Below, one piece after another: positions 23,237 through 32,387 of a DNA stretch of 64,000 nt. The notes beneath the pieces are model-generated. The model was not told the origin of the DNA. It saw nothing but the letters and a program-made list of their open reading frames with translations, and did not search any database. Positions within the stretch are counted from its first letter, which is position 1. Each line of letters opens with the position of its first letter. The translations under genes and the position numbers were made by a program. Source of the DNA: Paramoeba atlantica (lineage: Eukaryota > Protista > Discosea); assembly GCA_977017575.1 (NCBI GenBank), contig CDRNVI010000019.1, forward strand, positions 124,001 through 188,000, given 5' to 3'.

Positions 23237-23666
23237 ACGTATGACATAAACTCACGCATATTATACACATTGTACTTACTACGTGTTATTACGCCAAAGA
23301 AGATACTTGTGTACTAGTAATTTTAAAATTTAAATTTTAATACTTTTCCATCAATACTAAATTCTATCTAATTACTGTAGATTTAAACAAATTTAAGAGA
23401 AGCCCTGAGAGAGTAAGAGCAGGTTTTGTAAGATTTGGGTTATAAACTTTATGCTTAGTAGTACACTACCTAGTATACTGTACGATACGATGCTAGAATT
23501 CTAAAACTAGTGCTATTGTAACATGACCAACGCACAATTGCTGGTAAGGCAGAAGAATGTTATAAATTCCCCCCTTCCAAGGTTTTTCAACAGCGCAGCA
23601 GCAAAAAAATACTCGACGTGCCGAACTTTTCGCAAGATTTGCGTAGGCCACCTTCGTTGAGCCACT

Positions 23667-24998
23667 TCAGTTCTTCGTATATCTTTTGCTCTGGCGTGTG
23701 TGAGGACCTCTCTCTGCGTAGTGGTGACGAATCTTGTGGTGATTCGGTCCATGAGCCTTCTTCAGCCTGTAAATATGCTCCTTAAGGGTCGGTAAGCGAA
23801 TGGGGACCAATGAGTTCAAATAAGCTTGTGCGGAGTCGATATTGAAACAGAATGAGTGCAATAGAGCATCAAATCGATTATTCTTTCGTCTGCATAGCCT
23901 TTCGAATTCAGCCTTTAAAGCGGATGAACATAGCTCCGCCTCTATCTCATATAAGATTTCCGGAGGTCCAAGCTCTTTACTATTATTGTTCTTTAAATGC
24001 ATTCGGTAGTCTTGTGGCCGGTCGGACAAAGAGAATCTATTTTTACTGTCATTTGCTTCCCACTTCTTAACCTTTGTACAGTCGAATTGCATAAAATTCC
24101 CAATTCTATACGTAATTCTGTGTTTGCTCCGTACTGCCTTCAAAGAACCGAATTCTGGGTGAATCTTTAAATATTTATCTCTTTCTAAATAAAGTGAAGT
24201 TGTAGAACTGGGATTCGCTTTGTTTGTCCCACCCTCAGCAGATACTGCTCTGTTTTCATTTGCTGTCAAGCTAATATATTCCTCTGTAGACACTTGATAA
24301 CGTAAGCAACTCGACGAAATCGCATGCGTTTTCACAAGTGGAGCCATTAAAGCATTTTTCTCGCTTTTAGATAATGACTTGGCGTATTTGTTGTCCGGTT
24401 CAAATCTTTTTTTACGAATTATTGCTACACGATTACCGTCTGAATCGTGAATGACACGGACTCCGTCTTCGTATATAAAATCTATTGAATCTGTTTCCAG
24501 GCGACGAACACTCGGTGTAACACGACCAGTAGTGCGCCTTGACATTTTCGTAGTTCGATTTCGAAACTTCATTTTGTTATACCCAGTTCGTCGTAGACGT
24601 TGACGGCCACACGTTTGTAGTGATGCAAGTAAACTCCTTACAAAATTTCGCGGTATGGAAGTGTTAAGTCGGAGGCACTGAGGCAGGGGACAAAAAACGG
24701 TACTGCTTGCGAAAGGCATTCTGGACGATTCTAAATGCGTACTTACTAACCTTGCAAATCGAGCTTCTACTTCAATAGACGCAGCTTTATTCAGGAGTAG
24801 TGCGAGGATAACTCTTTTGCGAAGGATTGACAAAACCGTATATGATTCATCGCTGCAGTCGCTTTTTGATGAGTTAACCTGTCGTACTGGAACGCAAGTC
24901 GTATTGGCACCACCTCGGCTCGGTCTCCCCGAAAAAGAGTAACTTCGTGAAAATCGCATGAGAGGCGAGCATAACATTCGTGTCGCCGAACCACTCAT
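23667..24998 (-). CDS. CET1: Triphosphate tunnel metalloenzyme, mRNA 5'-triphosphatase CET1-like
   Basis: Motif A EVEARF, RSKHRITY, motif C YEIEAEL. Confidence 0.75.
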   Translation of the reverse strand: MSGSATRMLCSPLMRFSRSYSFSGRPSRGGANTTCVPVRQVNSSKSDCSDESYTVLSILRKRVILALLLNKAASIEVEARFARLVSTHLESSRMPFASSTVFCPLPQCLRLNTSIPRNFVRSLLASLQTCGRQRLRRTGYNKMKFRNRTTKMSRRTTGRVTPSVRRLETDSIDFIYEDGVRVIHDSDGNRVAIIRKKRFEPDNKYAKSLSKSEKNALMAPLVKTHAISSSCLRYQVSTEEYISLTANENRAVSAEGGTNKANPSSTTSLYLERDKYLKIHPEFGSLKAVRSKHRITYRIGNFMQFDCTKVKKWEANDSKNRFSLSDRPQDYRMHLKNNNSKELGPPEILYEIEAELCSSALKAEFERLCRRKNNRFDALLHSFCFNIDSAQAYLNSLVPIRLPTLKEHIYRLKKAHGPNHHKIRHHYAERGPHTRQSKRYTKN

Positions 24999-25402
24999 TA
25001 GAAAGCAGTATTACGTTCTCTAGTATTCAGGATGAGTTATTTGGAGACTTGTACTAGAAAATCATTTTATAAACGAACTTCAGAATATCTTGCTTTAAAA
25101 ACTACCTTACACATTACAAAGCGTTTCACTCAAAATTAATATTGAAACTAATATAACAATGGTGTAACATACACCCAACTAGCTAGCACTTTAGTTCAGT
25201 ATTCAAAGATGTCCCAAGCTCAAAACTATAATGAGATCACCTCAAAGCATGTGTATGTGTCAAACGTTCTCGGGTTCGAAACTTAGAATTCGACTTGTGC
25301 AAACAGCCCAATCAAAACAAAAATTAAATGCAAGGTTAGAAGTTCAGTCGTATTGCAAACCCATCAATTCAGGATAGTTCAAATTTTTCTTCGTTGTCCG
25401 CA

Positions 25403-28400
25403 CTAGCCTGACTTGGTAGTTATTTTTCCCTTTATTTCAGATAACAGACGCGTAATGTACTTTAGCATCTCGTCAAGAATAATGACGGGGAAACTCAAAG
25501 CGAAGATGAGTTTCCATTCCAAGAAATCCGTAGGCCACAACAGCGTAGAAGACACCTCGAGTATTTGGCGTGGGTTCACTCCGGCGACACCAAGTGGGGC
25601 AACGTTGAAAAGGTAACACAGAGCTGGGACGTACATTATCAAATAATGTAAAACTAAGGAGCTGAGAACAGCTAAAATTAACCACGGGTTCCTGAAAGGA
25701 GGACATTGTAACATTGACTCATTTTCACTTATGGCATTGAGCGCGTTGAACATCTCAACCAACACAAGAATGCTGAGAGCCACGGCACGCGCCTCACGTG
25801 GGTCACGTAACCTCTCACACCGCGCCACATCTCCAGTACAAAGCGAGGGGTCCATCAACTCTTCCATTCCATACCCATGGACGTGAAACCACCACAAATA
25901 GCCCATCACCGTTGCGAACCCGACATAGGCCCCGATGATGAGATAGCGCGCAAACAGCCACCCGTTCACAATGGGTTCCTCCGTACGTCGTGGTGGCTCC
26001 CGCATCAAGTCGCCGTCCGGGGGGTTGAACCCCAGAGCGGTGGCCGGGAGCCCATCGGTGACAAGATTCACCCACAGCAGCTGGACCGGCTCCAGCGCAT
26101 CCGGTACCCCCAGCACCCCTGTCGCGAACACACACACCACCTCCCCAATATTACTGCTGATCAGGTAGCGAATAAACTGCTTGGTGTTGTTGTAGATCGC
26201 TCGACCCTCGGCAATAGCACTTACGATCGTGTTAAAATTGTCATCGGCTAGAATCATCGCGCTGGTGCCTTTAGCAACCTCGGTGCCAGAACCCATCGCA
26301 ACCCCAATGTCCGCTTTCTTAAGCGCCGGTGCATCGTTGACTCCGTCCCCTGTCATGGCACATATGAAGTTCTGAGATTGCAGCAGGGTAACGAGGTGAC
26401 TCTTCAGAGAGGGGTCCGCTCGGCTGTAGAGCTGTTTCGATAATACGGCGCTCATTTGCTCTTCATGTGATAACGCTTCAAAATCACACCCGTTGATGCT
26501 CATTTGTTCAGCCTGTTCCGACGTAGTGAAAAGTTGGATTTGCCTACATACAGATTGGGCAGTATCCTTACTATCGCCGGTAATTACAATGACGCGTATT
26601 CCTGCTTTATGACACTCTTGTACCGCTTGCGTGACCTCAGTACGAGGGGGATCCAGCATACCAACCAGACCGCAGAATACTAGACCTGCTTCAATTGAAT
26701 CGAAATTCTTAGGATTTGTTAAACTCAATGATTCTACTCTATCACACTCCTTATATGCCGCTGCGAGGCAACGAAGCGTCGGGGGACCCTGAGTCATTTC
26801 ATGTAGCTCAGCTTCCATTTGGCGTCGTATTGCTGACGTAAGTTTCCTTAGCTTTCCGGAGCTCGAAATTATGTGCGTGGACCTTCTTAGCAAGGCTTCA
26901 GGGGCTCCTTTCACTAGGAGTAAATGCTTCTTTTTTGATGTAACGTGAACACTCATTGATTTACGTTCTCTAGTAAACTCCAACGTTGCATTGACGCTAA
27001 AAATATTCCGCCAAAACGATCGCACTGCGCTGACGCCCTCTGACGAAGTGCAGGGAGGTGAAGCATTAGGAATGGGCATTCCCAGCTTTTCCACCATAAC
27101 AAGAAGCGCTGCTTCCGTAGCCTCTCCCAACCTATCAACTGCTCCCGTCTCCGTCAAGAACTCCAGGCTGGCGTCATTGCATAAAGAAGAAATGTAAGAA
27201 ATGCGCTCCAATGCCTTGTCGGTCAGCAACGGTGCAGAAATTTCATGCTCGTTCTCGTCTGAAACGGTCGAGGTTTCTATATTAAACTTGGTATCTTTCA
27301 AAAAATATCGATTAACGCCATCAGACCCATCACTTGTAACTACAGTGGCAACACTCATCATATTCGTAGTCAACGTTCCCGTTTTATCTGTGCAAATGAC
27401 ACTACAGCACCCCAATGTTTCGACGCTCGGCAGATTGCGTACAATGGCTTTTTTTCTGGCCATGCGTCGCGCGCCCAACGCGAGGCACGTTGTTACCACT
27501 GCGGGAAGTCCTTCGGGTATAGCTGCAACGGCCAGTGAAACAGCAATTTTAAGACTATTGATTATCCAAGGAAGTACATTTTGATTCTCACCTTTCTGCC
27601 ACCCACGAACCAGGTTCACTATGAATACCAGAACGCAAATCACTCCGATGGCGTGACTGAGCAGTACACTAAAGTCATCAAGTTTCCGCTGCAGGGGTGT
27701 TTTTTCAGCTTCCGTTGACCTCACTTGGGCTTCCACACGACCAATCTCTGTGTTGATCCCAGTAGCTGTTACGACGCCCCGCACTTTTCCGTACGTCACA
27801 CTTGTACCACGGAACATCATGTTCGAGGGGAACCTTTCGTTTTCTTCACACAATTCACTGTGTTTCAACACCTCGTTTGATTCTCCCGTGAGTGAACTCT
27901 GATTTACGCGAACAGTGGTGGAGCAAAGTTTGAGAACGCGCAGGTCCGCCGCGATGCGGTCTCCTACAGCCAGTTCTATGATGTCACCCGGAACGAGTTC
28001 CAAGCTATCGATTGTACCCAGTTGTCCTTCACGCAATACGGAAGATCGATTGGGGACCAGAACTTGGAGAGCCTGGATAGCCTCCTCAGCGCTGCTCTCC
28101 TGCCAGGCACCTATGATACCATTTGCCAAGAGTATCAAAAGTATGACAAAGGGCTCAACTAAGTCGTGCCCAACGCCAGAAAAGATAGCCATACCGAACG
28201 ACAGGACGGCCGCTGCCAGTAAAATTTGAACTAAGCGGTCATCGAACGTCTTGAAAAGCAGCATTAACCATGAATCAGGTGGCTCACATGGCAATTCGTT
28301 TTTTCCATACTTCTCAAGACGCTTATGAGCTTCGGATGTCGTTAAGCCCTGGTTCGGATCAACATCTCCTTCCTTACACACAACATTAGCAGATTTTTTA

Positions 28401-28417
28401 TGCGGTGTCGCGAACAT
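25403..28417 (-). CDS. SERCA-type P2A Ca2+-ATPase
   Basis: SLTGES, IPEGLP, DKTGTLT, KGAPE, MTGDGVNDAP. Confidence 0.96.
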   Translation of the reverse strand: MFATPHKKSANVVCKEGDVDPNQGLTTSEAHKRLEKYGKNELPCEPPDSWLMLLFKTFDDRLVQILLAAAVLSFGMAIFSGVGHDLVEPFVILLILLANGIIGAWQESSAEEAIQALQVLVPNRSSVLREGQLGTIDSLELVPGDIIELAVGDRIAADLRVLKLCSTTVRVNQSSLTGESNEVLKHSELCEENERFPSNMMFRGTSVTYGKVRGVVTATGINTEIGRVEAQVRSTEAEKTPLQRKLDDFSVLLSHAIGVICVLVFIVNLVRGWQKGENQNVLPWIINSLKIAVSLAVAAIPEGLPAVVTTCLALGARRMARKKAIVRNLPSVETLGCCSVICTDKTGTLTTNMMSVATVVTSDGSDGVNRYFLKDTKFNIETSTVSDENEHEISAPLLTDKALERISYISSLCNDASLEFLTETGAVDRLGEATEAALLVMVEKLGMPIPNASPPCTSSEGVSAVRSFWRNIFSVNATLEFTRERKSMSVHVTSKKKHLLLVKGAPEALLRRSTHIISSSGKLRKLTSAIRRQMEAELHEMTQGPPTLRCLAAAYKECDRVESLSLTNPKNFDSIEAGLVFCGLVGMLDPPRTEVTQAVQECHKAGIRVIVITGDSKDTAQSVCRQIQLFTTSEQAEQMSINGCDFEALSHEEQMSAVLSKQLYSRADPSLKSHLVTLLQSQNFICAMTGDGVNDAPALKKADIGVAMGSGTEVAKGTSAMILADDNFNTIVSAIAEGRAIYNNTKQFIRYLISSNIGEVVCVFATGVLGVPDALEPVQLLWVNLVTDGLPATALGFNPPDGDLMREPPRRTEEPIVNGWLFARYLIIGAYVGFATVMGYLWWFHVHGYGMEELMDPSLCTGDVARCERLRDPREARAVALSILVLVEMFNALNAISENESMLQCPPFRNPWLILAVLSSLVLHYLIMYVPALCYLFNVAPLGVAGVNPRQILEVSSTLLWPTDFLEWKLIFALSFPVIILDEMLKYITRLLSEIKGKITTKSG

Positions 28418-28657
28418 TAACTATAATTACTTACAAGAATAATACTTTTCATGAAATCGAAAAGAGTATGTCACCGAAAATATTTATACTCTAGGTTCTT
28501 TTGCGGAAAAAATACATGACGAAGAGATCGAAGTTTCTCGGCGTCGCTTTTCATTGTTTTCCACAGCAAACAAGTGACGAATTAGACCAAGACATAGACG
28601 AATTATGGTCTCGCAGAAATTTATATCAATGAGCCCATCGGCAAATGCCGACTATTA

Positions 28658-29419
28658 TTATACCAATTTTTTCTTAAGAAGAAAGCCCTTCAGGCTACGG
28701 TATTGATAGATCGCGAGCCCGCCAGCTGCCATGATAGACAAAAAAGCCATAATGTAGACGCGTTCATAGGTGTCCTCACTCGTTGCACGGAACCGTAGAA
28801 ACCGCCTACGAAAAATTGACGCGGTAGCACGGGCCTCTGCGATTTGCTGCCGAATGTTGTACAGCTCGCGATGAATGCGGTTTAGGAACGTCTTAGTGCG
28901 CAAAGTGTCCTTGACCTGACCGTCACTGTCCATGAAAGACATCACCTCCATATCCACACCGTGTTCGGTGACTTGCTGCCGTGTGATCTGGGGCTCTGGA
29001 TCCTCAATACGATCCTGTCGGTTGCGTGTGTCAATGGAAAGTGCAAAATCGACGAAATCCGCACCCGAGCCAGCCGCCGAGAGGCAGATGTCGTACTCTC
29101 CCAACATCTCACCCTTTGTGCGAAAACTAAATGTCCCATTACGTGCCTCGAGGGTCGATGTTTGTAGCACTTTCCGATTCGGAGCGTAGATCTGAACGAG
29201 TGTATTGAATGATGTCCGCGGTGAGTTCTCCGGTGCCCTTTGGGCGTAATCCACGATCACTAATTCGTTGGGTGCGACGATTTCCTCGGGAAAGCAAAGC
29301 TTTTTTCCAGGACCAAGGCGGAAATAATACCCGTGCACCCCGCTACACATGTAGCACAAGCCGAGGCAAAGTACGTACCAGAGGCGAAGCCACGAACACG
29401 TGGGATCACGGCGGAGCAT
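28658..29419 (-). CDS. emp24/gp25L/p24 (TMED) cargo receptor
   Basis: Signal peptide, GOLD domain, coiled coil, TM, C-terminal FLLKKKLV; likely start MLRRD at 29419. Confidence 0.9.
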   Translation of the reverse strand: MLRRDPTCSWLRLWYVLCLGLCYMCSGVHGYYFRLGPGKKLCFPEEIVAPNELVIVDYAQRAPENSPRTSFNTLVQIYAPNRKVLQTSTLEARNGTFSFRTKGEMLGEYDICLSAAGSGADFVDFALSIDTRNRQDRIEDPEPQITRQQVTEHGVDMEVMSFMDSDGQVKDTLRTKTFLNRIHRELYNIRQQIAEARATASIFRRRFLRFRATSEDTYERVYIMAFLSIMAAGGLAIYQYRSLKGFLLKKKLV

Positions 29420-29707
29420 AAGGATTAAATCTTGAAAACAAATTATTTGATTCCGTACGGAAAAACTAACAAAATAAAATTGTATCCACCGGAAGTACAC
29501 ATTTTGATACACACATTGAAGAAAAGAAACGGTGTTTGAGCAGCCAAGAAAGACGCATTTACGTCCGTGAGCTCATCATTCCGCACTGTTCATGCAAAGA
29601 AGGCTAAAATGATAAAGATAAGATGAGGAGCATGAGCTTGGGTCCAGCAGCCTAGATAGTACGTAAACGAGCTCCACAAGTATCTCACCATCCTTTTCAA
29701 ATTGTTC

Positions 29708-30496
29708 TCATTTGGAGTGGTAGAGCGCTCGTTTTGTTTTGGACATGCGATGCAAAGGAAGCATACCTCGACGCCGCTGTGGCACTGCTGTGAAAGAAGG
29801 CGGTTCCTTGTTCGTTTGTTCCAAACGTGGAGGTTTCTCCAACGCAGGGGTGTTCTCCTCTAAGGAGATAGAATCCAATTGCGCATTTCGCCCCGAGTTC
29901 ACATCACTCGAGCTTCTACGCCACGTTTTCAAGGCTTGAAGCATATCAAGCTTCGATTCGACACTGTGGAGCACGTTTACTTCCAAAGAAGCTTGATTTA
30001 CCTCTTCTAAGTCACTTTCTTCAAGCGGAGAAGCACTCGGCAATCTGTCGTCAACGGAGTCTTCATATTCATCATGTTCATTGTGCATGTCTTTCAGCCA
30101 CAGGAGCGCATCACGTAGATCATCTTCGAGAACCGAAGTCACACTTTCGCCATGAGAGTTACTATTTAAAGCATGAGATGAAGATACTGCATGTTTCATA
30201 TCATGATTCTTTTCTTCCTGCTCTGGAGGATTCGCTACTTGCACTAAAGGCTGTACATCAGAAACTCTTTTGTGGGATTCGACTTTCTTGATGTCACGCG
30301 AATCATTCGGAGTCGGATTTACCGAACGCGTATGGCGAATCAAATCAGCTACGAATTGCATTCGTTTGGAGCAGTGATCATTTTCCTCAGCTTCTATTCG
30401 CCGCTTCATTTTATCAGTAAGTGTATTGTGCTTACGGTGGTTGTGCATTTCGGGAGGACTCATTAATGCCACATTCCGACTTTTGTTATGTGTCAT
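29708..30496 (-). CDS. Hypothetical low-complexity protein
   Basis: 262-aa ATG-initiated ORF in cluster orientation; no motif recognised. Confidence 0.5.
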   Translation of the reverse strand: MTHNKSRNVALMSPPEMHNHRKHNTLTDKMKRRIEAEENDHCSKRMQFVADLIRHTRSVNPTPNDSRDIKKVESHKRVSDVQPLVQVANPPEQEEKNHDMKHAVSSSHALNSNSHGESVTSVLEDDLRDALLWLKDMHNEHDEYEDSVDDRLPSASPLEESDLEEVNQASLEVNVLHSVESKLDMLQALKTWRRSSSDVNSGRNAQLDSISLEENTPALEKPPRLEQTNKEPPSFTAVPQRRRGMLPLHRMSKTKRALYHSK

Positions 30497-30669
30497 AAAA
30501 CGTGCTGGACGAGGGAACCAAATCGTTAAATACCTCCAAATAGTAAGTCATACATTAATATTGCGACCAGGGGGGTATCTACTGACGCGACAGTCCACTG
30601 CCGCTACACACTGTCCTATAGTAGTAGGATTACAGGGGTAATATTGCGCCCTTTCTAAAAAAACATGAT

Positions 30670-31008
30670 TTACATTTGATTACACTTTTTTCGATTTTCA
30701 GGTCTACAGTGTGTACAGACACACAAAACTCTGGAACAAGCTTCTTTCTTCGTCTTCGTCCTGTACGTGTAAACTTTCTTCACACATTTTCTCGTCCCCA
30801 GTTTCACATTCATGGCTCCCACCAATATTCGGCAGGCACTTTGTTTCACACCTAACTCGCCCTCTAAATGGGGGGGGATGTGGTAGTTGTGAGGTATGGA
30901 AGCCTTCACGCAATTCCGGGGCCTCAAAAATCGTGCTAAATTCGTGTAAAAGCGTGATCCGTTCTTTAACGCAATCTTGTTGGGGAATATCTTTTGTGAA
31001 AAGTCCAT
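30670..31008 (-). CDS. Small basic Cys-rich protein, weak Rpr2/Rpp21-like resemblance
   Basis: SRFYTNLAR, CRILVGAMNVK, VLCVCTHC; only part of the expected zinc ligands present. Confidence 0.3.
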   Translation of the reverse strand: MDFSQKIFPNKIALKNGSRFYTNLARFLRPRNCVKASIPHNYHIPPHLEGELGVKQSACRILVGAMNVKLGTRKCVKKVYTYRTKTKKEACSRVLCVCTHCRPENRKKCNQM

Positions 31009-31038
31009 CGAATCTCCGTAAAACCAATTCGCTCAGCG

Positions 31039-31908
31039 TCACAAAATTACGTCCGAAAATTCTACGGCGTTTTCTACAGCTCTAGAAATAGGTAGTGTGG
31101 CATCTTCGTGATCAAGCCTAGTAAGCGTGTTTCGGTCTTCCGATTTTCGACATAAGAGGAATCTCGCATCAAAAGCAGCCGTCCACGGTTCTATAATGGG
31201 GACAAATATAGACTCCCTTTGACGTAGGTTGGTTATCAGCAGGACAGCGACATTGAATATGCGTGAGATTTCTCTAATGGACCTACCCAGATAACACAAC
31301 GCCGAAATGCGAGAGCGAGCGCTCAACGACAAAGAAGAAATGGAGTTTGCTGGCTGAGAGTCAGGTGGCTCCGTATAACTAGTGTCATTTTCAGAACGCG
31401 TTCTAGAGGCATCATAATCTTCTAACGTGAGTGAGTTGATCACAACCACACGTATGTTCTGATCCTCTTGCAAAAGTTGAGGTAAGGAATCAACTATTGC
31501 AATCAGCTGACCCAACGAACTAATGCGGTACAAATGTACATTATTCAACAAATCAATAGGGGTGATTGTGGAAACAGTTCTACTAATGCACGAAGCGCTA
31601 TTTATTGCTCGTCGCAATACGTATTTGCACGTGTCCAGCACCATTGTGGGGTCTACTGCGCCACGAGTGTCTACGTAAACGCTTCGCGCAGAGTGACCAC
31701 CCATATGCTTCGGCAGGGCCGCCTGTGCTACAAAAAGGAGTGAGAGTGCTGTTCGACCACTACCTGGAATTCCTGAAATGTCAATAACCTTTCGAGCCTG
31801 CACACCGCTACGATCCAGAAAGGCATCGAGTACTGGTATATTAGAGACAAAAGTACCCGATAATTTCTCGTCCGAAAGATCTTCATTGGACAATTTGATA
31901 TGCCCCAT
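31039..31908 (-). CDS. RAD51 paralog (RAD51C/XRCC3-like)
   Basis: Walker A-like GIPGSGRT, SVYVDTRG, VVVINSL, AVLLITN. Confidence 0.8.
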   Translation of the reverse strand: MGHIKLSNEDLSDEKLSGTFVSNIPVLDAFLDRSGVQARKVIDISGIPGSGRTALSLLFVAQAALPKHMGGHSARSVYVDTRGAVDPTMVLDTCKYVLRRAINSASCISRTVSTITPIDLLNNVHLYRISSLGQLIAIVDSLPQLLQEDQNIRVVVINSLTLEDYDASRTRSENDTSYTEPPDSQPANSISSLSLSARSRISALCYLGRSIREISRIFNVAVLLITNLRQRESIFVPIIEPWTAAFDARFLLCRKSEDRNTLTRLDHEDATLPISRAVENAVEFSDVIL

Positions 31909-32387
31909 TTCTGTGTGTAGCCAAGCGAGTTACATCAAAAACGTCGTGTAGTTATACAACAAGAAAAAAGACCTTTTTCTGGATCAAATCCCTAAAATAA
32001 ATCTTTAGTGCAACTCTACTGAAGAACTGTAGACTTCTTCGGCAATTGATCTCGAATATCTAAATTGGAATATCTAATCTACTGTTGTTGAAATTTTGAA
32101 AATGATACAAAGTTACAGTAATTAATAATTTCAAATTAATGTCGCAACCCACCATTTCCGAATCGTGAAATGAGCGTTTATGACGATATCATAAGGCACA
32201 TATCGTGATCATAATGTTGATATCATAGTACACTTATCTTGACAGGAAGAAAATTTAATATAAGCAAAGGAATTGAAGTCTTCCGTATAAGGGATACGTC
32301 CCAAATTCTGAACAATAAAGTACAAGACATAAAAAAATGTAACAACAATAGATTTAGTTAACAACAATCGATTGAATACCGAGCTAA

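Noticed and set aside
25265-25290. GGTTCGAA T-loop-like motif
   Set aside because: No acceptor, D or anticodon stems; not a tRNA
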